A stretch of DNA of 64,000 bases, taken from NCBI GenBank assembly GCA_041736175.1, contig JBGSUI010000219.1:1-64000 (forward strand). Reading direction: 5' to 3'. The notes under the pieces were generated by a model. It was not told where the DNA came from, made no database searches, and saw only the letters and a list, made by a program, of their open reading frames with translations. Each line of letters opens with the position of its first letter. Within the stretch, counting starts at the first letter, position 1. Positions 47,935 through 56,857 of the stretch are shown in pieces. The stretch comes from Oligoflexales bacterium. Lineage in GTDB: Bacteria > Bdellovibrionota_B > Oligoflexia > Oligoflexales > CAIYRB01. Both the position numbers and the translations under genes were made by a program.

Positions 47935-49188
47935 GTGCAGTTTGTTGTTTTAGGTAGAGGTTTTGCTGGTTTGTCCGTTGCCTGGGAGCTTCAACAAAAA
48001 GGCCACCAGGTCACTGTCGTAGGCATTTCCCCTGAGAGTGAAGATGATCCAGGGAGCGGCGACTTACCGTCTCTGGCAAGGGGCTCTGCCTCGCGGGCTG
48101 CCATCGGGGTGAGCAGTTTAAAGGGCCATTTTTTGCCTCAAACTAAAATGTTTAGAGAGAAAATCCTGGGGCACCAAGGGCTTTCCCACTGGATCGACCA
48201 AATCATTAGGGTCTCGGGAATCCAAATTCCGTTTTTTCGGGGCGCTCTTTTTGAACCTTTTTTTAATAAGATGGAGTTTACCCATCTTCATGAACGAATC
48301 TTCCATGGCAATTTTCACGGCCTCTATAAAAACAAAATACTGACTCCCCAAGAATTCGAGCGTTCCTATCCGGGGTGGAGAGACCTAAAAAAGCCGCCAT
48401 TAGGAGCTTTTCAGTTTTTCGATGACCTATGGTTTGATCCAGGTAGATGTTTGGACGCATTGGAGGTCGCTATTAGCAAAATCGGTGGCCAAATCATCCC
48501 CGGGTCATTTAGGGATCTAAGTTCTTACCAGAAGGAAGGCTCCCCCTCTTTCAGCGTCAAGATCCAATCAGGATCCCGGGAAATAAACCTAAACTGCGAT
48601 CAGATGGTGATCGCCTGCGGCTCCAGTACCAACGATATTTTAACAACACTTGATGCTCCCACCCTTCCATTGAGTCTTTGTACGGGTGTCACCACCATTT
48701 CCGCCAACGAAGACGGACGGCGCCTAAACCCATGGTGCCTACGGGTTCGCAAGACAAATATCGTGGGCCTTGAAACCTCCTTAAGGTATGGCTCTAGCTC
48801 CCTCAACAAAAAAGCCTCAAGCCTGAGTCAGTTGACATCCCAAAATAGGACCGACGATATCTATGAAACTGACAAAGCCGATAGGACTGGGATTTTTAAC
48901 CTTATCAGTCGACCTAAAAATGCTACCTACCTATGGGGCGCACGGGTCCGGACCAAAGACCGGGCTCCAGTGATGGGAAATCTAAAAATGCTATACGATC
49001 GTCCGTTGTTTGAACGGTTTAAGAGCTATCCACCATCAATTCTGGAAAGCGTCTGGATCATGACGGGCTTTTATAAAAATGGGTTGCAGTTATCGTGGTC
49101 TTTTGCACAAAAACTATCAGCCGCTATGCTTGCCAAAAACCCTGACTTCATAGAGGATGAGTTCTCGTTGATCAGGATTTTAAGCTAG
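47935..49188 (+). CDS. FAD-dependent oxidoreductase (DAO/glycine oxidase-like)
   Basis: GRGFAG Rossmann motif, ASRAAIG, GARVRTKDRAP and GFYKNG. Confidence 0.85.
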   Translation: MQFVVLGRGFAGLSVAWELQQKGHQVTVVGISPESEDDPGSGDLPSLARGSASRAAIGVSSLKGHFLPQTKMFREKILGHQGLSHWIDQIIRVSGIQIPFFRGALFEPFFNKMEFTHLHERIFHGNFHGLYKNKILTPQEFERSYPGWRDLKKPPLGAFQFFDDLWFDPGRCLDALEVAISKIGGQIIPGSFRDLSSYQKEGSPSFSVKIQSGSREINLNCDQMVIACGSSTNDILTTLDAPTLPLSLCTGVTTISANEDGRRLNPWCLRVRKTNIVGLETSLRYGSSSLNKKASSLSQLTSQNRTDDIYETDKADRTGIFNLISRPKNATYLWGARVRTKDRAPVMGNLKMLYDRPLFERFKSYPPSILESVWIMTGFYKNGLQLSWSFAQKLSAAMLAKNPDFIEDEFSLIRILS

Positions 49189-49205
49189 AACAAAAGAGAT
49201 CAATC

Positions 49206-50183
49206 ATGAACCTATTATTTTTGGGGTCACCCCAAGCTGTTACAGCACCTTTACGCCACTTACTTGAAGAAGGTTCTAAACTTGGACTCAAGGTCGTGGG
49301 TGTCGTCACGCCTCCCGCAAAACCCTTTGGTCGCAAACTTATTTTAAAGGATCCTCCCTTAGCCACTTTTGCCAAGGAACGGGGTCTCCACCTTATCCAA
49401 ACCAAAAATGTCAACGACCCCATCATTCTCTCCGAGATCAAGCAGCTTGAAGTCGATGTGGCGATTACGGCTGCTTTTGGCCAGATATTGGGTCTAGCCT
49501 TTTTAGCCACGCCCAAAAGGGCTGTGATCAATATCCATCCCAGCTTACTCCCTAAGTATCGGGGAGCTACGCCTGTGCAGTCTTCGCTGCTAGACAAATC
49601 GACCGTCACTGGGGTCACAATCTTATTCACGGTCAAAGAGCTTGATGCTGGTGCAATCATCTGCCAAATCCCGTCGACCATCTCTCCAGACGAAAAAGCC
49701 CCCGAGCTTACAGATCGCCTTTTTGAGGCTTCAGGAGTTCCCCTAGTGGACTCACTTATTAAGCTAAAAGATCCTTATTTTGCGGGGCAGAGCCAAGATC
49801 CAAGACTCGTCACCCACTGCAAAAAAATTCAAAAAACCGACGGCCAGATCGATTGGACCCGTCCCTCAGAGGACATCCAAGCCGCCTACCGAGCTTTCGC
49901 TGGTTGGCCAGGAATCTATACTTTTTTCGCTTCCAAAAGAATCAATCTCATAGACATAACCCTCCATAGCTCTGAGGACTCTCGCCAGCGATTCCTCGAT
50001 AAAATGACAGGCCAAAAACCTGGACTTTTCTTTTTTGACCGACCTCTTAAAGCCCTTTTGGTCCTCTCTGCCAGCGGAGTCATCCAAATCAACCAGCTTC
50101 AGCCTGAAGGCGGCAAAACCATCGATGGAGCGGCGTTTTGGAATGGCATTAAGGATAAGAATACTCTCCTATATTTTTCTTAA
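49206..50183 (+). CDS. fmt: Methionyl-tRNA formyltransferase
   Basis: FLGSP, NIHPSLLPKYRGATP, LDAG and RAFAGWPG. Confidence 0.95.
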   Translation: MNLLFLGSPQAVTAPLRHLLEEGSKLGLKVVGVVTPPAKPFGRKLILKDPPLATFAKERGLHLIQTKNVNDPIILSEIKQLEVDVAITAAFGQILGLAFLATPKRAVINIHPSLLPKYRGATPVQSSLLDKSTVTGVTILFTVKELDAGAIICQIPSTISPDEKAPELTDRLFEASGVPLVDSLIKLKDPYFAGQSQDPRLVTHCKKIQKTDGQIDWTRPSEDIQAAYRAFAGWPGIYTFFASKRINLIDITLHSSEDSRQRFLDKMTGQKPGLFFFDRPLKALLVLSASGVIQINQLQPEGGKTIDGAAFWNGIKDKNTLLYFS

Positions 50184-50223
50184 GAGGTTTTTCTATCGCA
50201 ATACCTTAGTAAAAGGATCCCTC

Positions 50224-50832
50224 GTGAAATCCACAGTAAATCTAAAGTTAGCAATTGGCATCTCTGGCAGTGGCAGAACACTCCAAAATCTTCTCACACG
50301 AGAAAAAGATGGTTTGGGCTATCAGATCATGGGTGTCTTTTCTTCCAAGGCTGACGCCCCAGGTCTAGACTTTGCCAGAGAGTTTAAACTCCCTATTTTT
50401 ATAAATCCCTTTAAGTCTAATGATGCTGCATTAGCGGAATCTGCAGCAAAACTCCTTTATCAGTGGATGGAAGAAGTCGGAGCTAACTACGTGGCCCTTG
50501 CCGGATTTATCAGGCCGTTTCCCATAAGGAGTGCTTGGAAAAACCGGGTCATCAATATTCATCCATCACTCCTCCCTAAATTTGGGGGCCAAGGAATGTA
50601 CGGAATAAGGGTGCACCAAGCTGTTCTTGCCGCCGGTGAAACCACCACTGGACCCACGGTCCATTATGTCAACGAAGAATATGACCAAGGGACCATCATC
50701 GATCAGGAACCCATCCCTGTATATCCTGGAGAGGACGCCACAAGTCTGGCCGCAAGGGTGTTTGAAGCTGAGTGTCGGCTTTACCCCAAAGTTTTGCAGT
50801 TTTTGTCAGGTCATATCAGAAGTGAGACTTAA
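50224..50832 (+). CDS. purN: Phosphoribosylglycinamide formyltransferase
   Basis: ISGSGRTL, NIHPSLLPKFGG..MYG and YDQG; GTG start at 50224. Confidence 0.93.
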   Translation: MKSTVNLKLAIGISGSGRTLQNLLTREKDGLGYQIMGVFSSKADAPGLDFAREFKLPIFINPFKSNDAALAESAAKLLYQWMEEVGANYVALAGFIRPFPIRSAWKNRVINIHPSLLPKFGGQGMYGIRVHQAVLAAGETTTGPTVHYVNEEYDQGTIIDQEPIPVYPGEDATSLAARVFEAECRLYPKVLQFLSGHIRSET

Positions 50833-50860
50833 ATATTAAAACACCAAAGATAGGTTTCCC

Positions 50861-51769
50861 ATGATGGCTGACACCATTTCCCAGCTTAAAAAAACAATCG
50901 ACTCCGAACTTAAACAACTCCTACAGTCGATGTATGGAGTCACTGCTGCCAATACTTCCCCCGAAGCGAGTCTACATCCAGCGATTCGGTATGTGCTTGA
51001 GGGAGAGGGTAAACGAGTGCGTGGGGTCCTATGCCTCCTCACCGCACAGGCTTTTGGCGCTTCCATCCCTAAAGCCATCCCGTCAGCCCTAGCTCTCGAG
51101 ATGGTTCACACCTATAGCTTGGTGCATGATGATCTACCTTGTATGGATAATGACGATTATCGTCGGGGACGACTTACAGGCCACAAGGTCTTTGGGGAGG
51201 CCCACGCCTTGCTCGCTGGAGATGGACTCTTAACCGATGCTTTTTTTATCTTGTCAGGTAGCATTACGACTTTACCCGTAGTTTATTCGCCCGAAACCGC
51301 CGTCAAGCTGATAGGAGAATTAGCTTACGCCGCTGGAAGCCACGGTATGGTCCTAGGCCAGAGCCTTGATTTATTTTGGACCGCCAAATCCTCTCCCGAC
51401 TTAGAGACCGTCCTTGAAATCCACCGCCTCAAAACAGGTTATCTTATGGGTGCGGCCACCGCTATGGGGGCTATTTTAGGTGGAGCTGACTCCGATAAGG
51501 TCAAGGATATGCGGGATTTTGGCCGCCTTTTGGGGGTCACCTTTCAAATACTGGATGATCTCTTGGACAACCAGGAAGGGCTAGGCAAAACTCCCGGAAA
51601 AGATCTGGCCAGTGGTAAGATGACCTTGCTGACATCCGTTTCTGCCGCCGTTGCCAAAGACCTTGCTGAAGAATATACCCAAAAGGGACTTAATCTTCTT
51701 AAAGGGGCGACCACGAATGCTAAAGCTCTTATAGAATATTCTCAGATGTTGCTTAAAAGACACTTTTAA
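50861..51769 (+). CDS. ispA: Polyprenyl (farnesyl/geranylgeranyl) diphosphate synthase
   Basis: GKRVRG, HDDLPCMDNDDYRRG and FQILDDLLD. Confidence 0.93.
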   Translation: MMADTISQLKKTIDSELKQLLQSMYGVTAANTSPEASLHPAIRYVLEGEGKRVRGVLCLLTAQAFGASIPKAIPSALALEMVHTYSLVHDDLPCMDNDDYRRGRLTGHKVFGEAHALLAGDGLLTDAFFILSGSITTLPVVYSPETAVKLIGELAYAAGSHGMVLGQSLDLFWTAKSSPDLETVLEIHRLKTGYLMGAATAMGAILGGADSDKVKDMRDFGRLLGVTFQILDDLLDNQEGLGKTPGKDLASGKMTLLTSVSAAVAKDLAEEYTQKGLNLLKGATTNAKALIEYSQMLLKRHF

Positions 51770-51799
51770 ATTTTTACCGATCGAATCTGGAAGGGTTAT

Positions 51800-52078
51800 A
51801 TGAATACACAAGCACTAAAGATAAACGAAGAAAACTATTTGGATTCTGTCTTGGTCTTTCGGGACCGCCAAGCTGGTATCGCCGAAGTCTACGATCCGTT
51901 TCTCAAGCGATTTAAATATAATGCCTACTGCCTTGAAAAAAAATTATTGAAAGAACTCTTTTCTCATGAGTTTGATTTTCTTTCTGATGCTATTCTTAGA
52001 ATCAATGACGAGTTTGGCAGTTGGAATATCGAGAGCTTTGATCAAAAGGGGTGTGGGAATTGCGCCGCAAAAAAATAG
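51800..52078 (+). CDS. Small hypothetical protein with C-terminal CxxC
   Basis: 92 aa; GGAAGG RBS; ends GCGNCAAKK. Confidence 0.75.
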   Translation: MNTQALKINEENYLDSVLVFRDRQAGIAEVYDPFLKRFKYNAYCLEKKLLKELFSHEFDFLSDAILRINDEFGSWNIESFDQKGCGNCAAKK

Positions 52079-53112
52079 TTAATTTCAAGCTCAGAGATTT
52101 TGATTCTTTTTATGTGTTACTGGCTCTCTTTATGATGTTTATTTATGAGATCAGAGCACTCGCAAATTCAACTTACGAGGAAAATCTTCGCAAACAGCTT
52201 TTTGAGACCCCTAACGAGGGGTCCTGTAAACCGCTCACATCCCACCCTTCGGGTACCATCAGCATCACGCCTCTGCTTGACCAGTTTGTCAAAAAAGCAC
52301 TCATATCATTCAATACCGAGTCTTCTCAGGAACTTGCCAAGCTTTTCCACCCGAGACTTGGCATAAAAGAAGCCCAGCTCACGGAGATTTTAGCTAAATT
52401 ACATACCACATATGGACAAAAGCTGGAGATTACGGTCAACAGGCTTTGGGCGCTCAACACCGTCGACGGAACACCCTTAGGGCTTAAGTGTACCGATCCC
52501 GAAATCACCCTTAACACGCTCTATGGTTACAACCTTCAGTTTGTGCTGTGGCTCCAGATCATGGGCTCCGAAGAGATCGGTAGGATCTATTTGCCTATCG
52601 TCTTTTCTAGCGGCAAGTGGCTCCTCGGTGGCCTCCATGTCCACCAGTGGACCCATGACCTTAAAAACTACGCCGACTGGGCCAATCGGGCTCAATCATC
52701 AAAGGACCAAAACCTCGACTTGGTCGCCTTTATAGAATACGATCTCGCCGAAAAACTCGGAAACGGTGATAGGTTTTTTATACTTTCAGATATCCCTAAA
52801 ATTGAGGAAAAGAAAAAGGCTATTATGACGTCTAAGGATTTTGAAACCAAAATCAAGTCACTTTTCCCAACCCAAGCAGCAGTCTATGTTTCGACTCTTT
52901 TTGTAAAAAAAGGAGCCGGGATTCTCCTAAGATTTCGCGTAGACAAAGAAATCTCGCTAAACTCCATGAAAGAATTTTGCAACAAAACAAAAGATAATTT
53001 GGCAAAGGTGCCATGGTCTAAGAAAATTGCCGCGATCCGTTGCAGCTTTGTCTTGCCAAAAGAAGACCCTGAAAAGGAGGGGCTTATGGGAGGTATCCTC
53101 CTTGAGTTATAG
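52051..53112 (+). CDS. Exported hypothetical protein
   Basis: Long ORF with an N-terminal hydrophobic segment; start uncertain. Confidence 0.7.
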   Translation: MWELRRKKIVNFKLRDFDSFYVLLALFMMFIYEIRALANSTYEENLRKQLFETPNEGSCKPLTSHPSGTISITPLLDQFVKKALISFNTESSQELAKLFHPRLGIKEAQLTEILAKLHTTYGQKLEITVNRLWALNTVDGTPLGLKCTDPEITLNTLYGYNLQFVLWLQIMGSEEIGRIYLPIVFSSGKWLLGGLHVHQWTHDLKNYADWANRAQSSKDQNLDLVAFIEYDLAEKLGNGDRFFILSDIPKIEEKKKAIMTSKDFETKIKSLFPTQAAVYVSTLFVKKGAGILLRFRVDKEISLNSMKEFCNKTKDNLAKVPWSKKIAAIRCSFVLPKEDPEKEGLMGGILLEL

Positions 53113-53147
53113 TAGACGTAGGCGATTGCCACATCGGCAAAATCGTT

Positions 53148-54875
53148 TTGATACGGTCAGGCATGAACACAATAGCGGTTGATAGGCTTAAGAAACTCCA
53201 ACACAAGCTCTATGAACGGGCTTTTATTGAAGCACATGCGATTGTTGGCAGGACATCTAAGCTCATCATCCAATATTCGACCGAATTTGAACGCAGCCTT
53301 CCAAAGAAATTTGCCAAAACGACTTTAAACCAGCTCATGACAGCATTTAAAGATCATCGATTTATCCTTTATGGGGATTTTCACAGCCTTCGCCAGTCAC
53401 AACGCGGATTCTTACGACTTGTAAGGACCCATTGCGACCGACAAAATACTAAACGGGTGGTGATAGCTTTAGAACTTATAAAGGCAAAGGACCAAAAATA
53501 CCTTGACCAATATCTGCTAGGATTGATTTCGGACCAAAAGTTTTTGGAGGCTATTTCCTATCACAACGACTGGGGTTTTCCTTGGGAAAACTTCAAAATG
53601 CTCCTAGAGTTTGCCCGGTCACGGTGTCTACCAGTTATCGGCATAAATTCTGCGAATGGGGGCCGCGACTCGCTGATCCTTCGGGATAAATTTGCAGCCA
53701 AATGCCTCACCAATGCTGCTTTAAAACACCCTAATCACAAAATCATCTGCCTTATTGGGGAGTACCATCTCGCAGACAGGCATTTACCAATGCTCTTAGA
53801 GTTGAGTCAGAAAAAACTATCCATCAAAGGCAAGATCCTGCGCATTTTAAATAACGTCGATGACTATTATTTTAGACTCCCCACAAAAATCCAGCAGTCC
53901 TCTACAGAGTATTTGAAAATGCGCAAGAACTACTATTGCATCATGAACACTCCTCCCTGGATGAAGTGGCTGTCCTTTTCCATGTGGGAAGAACTGCAAT
54001 CCTCCGACCCCCGATTTTACGAAAGATTTGTGGACAACGATCTGGAAAACACCTTTGAAGATAACTTTGATATCGACTACATATTCCTACATTTCTTAAA
54101 AGCTATTCTTGAATTTTTACATCTTGGTGCTGATACCAGTGATTTGGAGAACTTTCATATCAATTATTCTCCCGAAGGCGATTTCATCAACCACCTCCTA
54201 TCCATCTCTTCAAATGATCCAGACGACATCGAAAAAATCATGCACCGTTGTACAACAGATGGTTCTTTCTTTGTATCTAAGACCAACTCGGTGCTGATCA
54301 CTTATCTCTCGATCAACAATCTTGCTGAAACTGCCGGACAATACCTCTTCTCGATGCTTACCAAGTTTACTGAGGATGATCCCGATCCCTCTGCGGCATT
54401 TATTAGGCGAATCATCAAAAGTACCATAGGCATGATATCTTCAAAAATCCTCAATCCCAAAAGGAAATTCCTGGCAATAAAAGATTACCGCCGCATAGTA
54501 GCCCAAAACCGCTCAGGCATCAAGACCACTGTGACCCGCAATCAGGTCGAGCTCGCACATGCCATCTTAGCCTTTGATCGATGGATCCTCTCTCTAAACC
54601 TCAAGTTAACAACCAAAGACATGCCTTCGATTCCACTGGAACTCCTGGTATTCGAACAAGCATCGAGCTATCAATTGAGCCGGTCGATCGGCAAGATCAT
54701 TGCCATAAAAATCTACAAAAACATCATATCCATGGAGATCAGCAATACTAAACTAAAGCGAATTTTTACCAGAAAAATAGGCTCCAATGCTATGGCTCTG
54801 AGAGAGATCATCACCCTGTACCGCTATTCTTCAACAAAAAAACCCTCGTCCAACAAATTAGAAACGGTACTCTAA
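53148..54875 (+). CDS. ChaN-like (Tiki/EreA superfamily) domain protein
   Basis: YGDFH, ALELI, WGFPW, RD..AA and GEYHLA. Confidence 0.7.
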   Translation: MIRSGMNTIAVDRLKKLQHKLYERAFIEAHAIVGRTSKLIIQYSTEFERSLPKKFAKTTLNQLMTAFKDHRFILYGDFHSLRQSQRGFLRLVRTHCDRQNTKRVVIALELIKAKDQKYLDQYLLGLISDQKFLEAISYHNDWGFPWENFKMLLEFARSRCLPVIGINSANGGRDSLILRDKFAAKCLTNAALKHPNHKIICLIGEYHLADRHLPMLLELSQKKLSIKGKILRILNNVDDYYFRLPTKIQQSSTEYLKMRKNYYCIMNTPPWMKWLSFSMWEELQSSDPRFYERFVDNDLENTFEDNFDIDYIFLHFLKAILEFLHLGADTSDLENFHINYSPEGDFINHLLSISSNDPDDIEKIMHRCTTDGSFFVSKTNSVLITYLSINNLAETAGQYLFSMLTKFTEDDPDPSAAFIRRIIKSTIGMISSKILNPKRKFLAIKDYRRIVAQNRSGIKTTVTRNQVELAHAILAFDRWILSLNLKLTTKDMPSIPLELLVFEQASSYQLSRSIGKIIAIKIYKNIISMEISNTKLKRIFTRKIGSNAMALREIITLYRYSSTKKPSSNKLETVL

Positions 54876-56582
54876 GCCAATGCCTAACCCTAAATGACTG
54901 GTCTTATAGCTAGTCTGGGTGAGTCCCCATCTAAAATCCAGCGTCTCCTCATAGGGCGCTCCCTCTTCTAAGGACCCGATCTGCCTTTTTTGTCGGGGTA
55001 TGGACCGGTTTGAAGGCTTTTTGTAGATTTTTTTCGGTGGCTCCCAATAAATAGCTTCTATAATCCCACCTAAAGCCACCACACCAAGGCCGATCAAAGC
55101 ATAATTTGCATCATTCCGTAAACCGTCTATTGATTTGTATTCTTTATTAACAAATTCAAGACAATTTCGATATCGAGCATCCTGCTCAATAGAGCTCAAA
55201 GAACAATTGAGATCCACATAGCGTTGAAGAGTCGACTCTTTAAGGTCTGCCTGGGAATTTTTATCATAGGCATAAAAGAGCAGCCCACCCTGGATCACAA
55301 ACAGGACTCCACCTATTCCGTAGCGGTTCTGAGAGATCTGCCCTAAACCAAATGGAAATAACGTAATCAGGGACGTCCCTTCAGGATCGGCATTTTTCTT
55401 GAGGGCGGGATCCGGAATCGGTTCTACCATGGGAACCATAACGAGTTTTGGGTTGGCCGGACCAGCGTTAGGCGCTGGTTGGGGGGTGAAATAACCGGGT
55501 TGTTGCACGACTGATTCTTGGACCGTTTCTACTTTTGGATAAACATCATTAACTTGCTCAACTGGCGGCCTGGATTTTATGCGTTGCATTTTCTTCGCTT
55601 CTCGTGCTTCCCGATCCTGTCTTTGGACCGCTTCCAAGTCTCTATCAAAATCATTGACCGGTGCAGCGGGTTGATACACAACCTGTTCACCCCTAGCCCT
55701 TACTGGGGATGATGCCTCTCCAAACAAATCATCTTGTGGTCCCTGTTCGACTTTCCTGGGTTGATATGCACTTGAGTATGGGCTCTGACTCGGTTTTTTG
55801 GAGTAGGCAAGCTTGTTCTGATTTTTACTTGCTAAGGCATTCTTTGGGCCTGTGTTAGACTGATATGTGGGCACCGGGGATTTAACGACTGGGGCCGCGA
55901 CAACCAGCGGTGCCTGGACTTGCTTTTTTAAAGTGACACTAAGTACGGTCTCTCGACCCGCTGTCACCCGAGCCGTCCCTCGATAGGACTGATAGCCTTG
56001 TGCCGTCACTTCAAAGTTAACATAGCCCGGATCCACGCTTACGGCATAACCGGTGTCACCGGCGTAAATCCCATCAATCATGACTTTGCCGCCCCCAATG
56101 CCTCCATTTGCTATGATCTTGAGGGAAGTTCCCATCACTTGCTTGCCAACTTTAGAAGGACCACTCACTCTATTGGCGACAGTCACCCGTTTTCGTATCT
56201 TTTCAAAAAGACCGATAACCTTAGGATCCAACACTTCTTGCGGAGTCAATGTGAGACCAGGGTTTAAGGAAAGTGCCTCTTTAAAGCTCCTTTCGGCCCC
56301 TGCTGAATTCCCCTTTGTATAGCGAATCACCCCCAAGAGTTTGAGGGACTCAGCTTGCTTGTTTGCTGACATAGGCTTTTTTAAAAAAGCTAAAAGCGAG
56401 GTTTCTGAATTGGTAAGATCCCCTGAACGAAATTGTCGATGAGCCATTTCGTAACTCTGAGCATGTGCCTGCACCGGGATTAACGTCATAGAGGTTAACG
56501 CTACCAATATCAGGACCATGGCAAACGAGCTAAAACAAACCACCAGGTACATTTTTATTTTACAAAACCACCTATGCAGCAC
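54858..56582 (-). CDS. Exported TPR plus PEGA-domain protein
   Basis: Signal peptide; TPR (AERSFKEALSLNP); PEGA-like (VMIDG..G.T...V.PG...V.A.GY); C-terminal PFGLGQ hydrophobic segment. Confidence 0.75.
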   Translation of the reverse strand: MLHRWFCKIKMYLVVCFSSFAMVLILVALTSMTLIPVQAHAQSYEMAHRQFRSGDLTNSETSLLAFLKKPMSANKQAESLKLLGVIRYTKGNSAGAERSFKEALSLNPGLTLTPQEVLDPKVIGLFEKIRKRVTVANRVSGPSKVGKQVMGTSLKIIANGGIGGGKVMIDGIYAGDTGYAVSVDPGYVNFEVTAQGYQSYRGTARVTAGRETVLSVTLKKQVQAPLVVAAPVVKSPVPTYQSNTGPKNALASKNQNKLAYSKKPSQSPYSSAYQPRKVEQGPQDDLFGEASSPVRARGEQVVYQPAAPVNDFDRDLEAVQRQDREAREAKKMQRIKSRPPVEQVNDVYPKVETVQESVVQQPGYFTPQPAPNAGPANPKLVMVPMVEPIPDPALKKNADPEGTSLITLFPFGLGQISQNRYGIGGVLFVIQGGLLFYAYDKNSQADLKESTLQRYVDLNCSLSSIEQDARYRNCLEFVNKEYKSIDGLRNDANYALIGLGVVALGGIIEAIYWEPPKKIYKKPSNRSIPRQKRQIGSLEEGAPYEETLDFRWGLTQTSYKTSHLGLGIGLEYRF

Positions 56583-56615
56583 AGCACGAACCTCACAGCA
56601 GCAACAATAATGAAC

Positions 56616-56636
56616 GGTAAAAGAGGCTCTTTTACC
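56616..56636. promoter_or_regulatory. Perfect 21-bp palindrome in a divergent intergenic region
   Basis: GGTAAAAGAG-G-CTCTTTTACC. Confidence 0.55.
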
Positions 56637-56857
56637 AAGGTTAACAAAACAATAGCAATAAACAGGCCATTATTGGCTATCCAATATTTTGATTTGTTTT
56701 ACCTAATATTGCGGATATTTACCGTGGTTCTAAACATCGGCACAAAGACTCCCCAGCTAATTCTGGCTAAACTTTGACAACTATGCCTGCTGCATTTGTC
56801 TATAATTTGACGTATGATCAGAAATGAAACACTCCCCTCCATAAATCCATCCCTTCC

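Noticed and set aside
50035..50223. Long N-terminal extension of purN
   Set aside because: Overlaps fmt out of frame; PurN similarity begins after GTG at 50224
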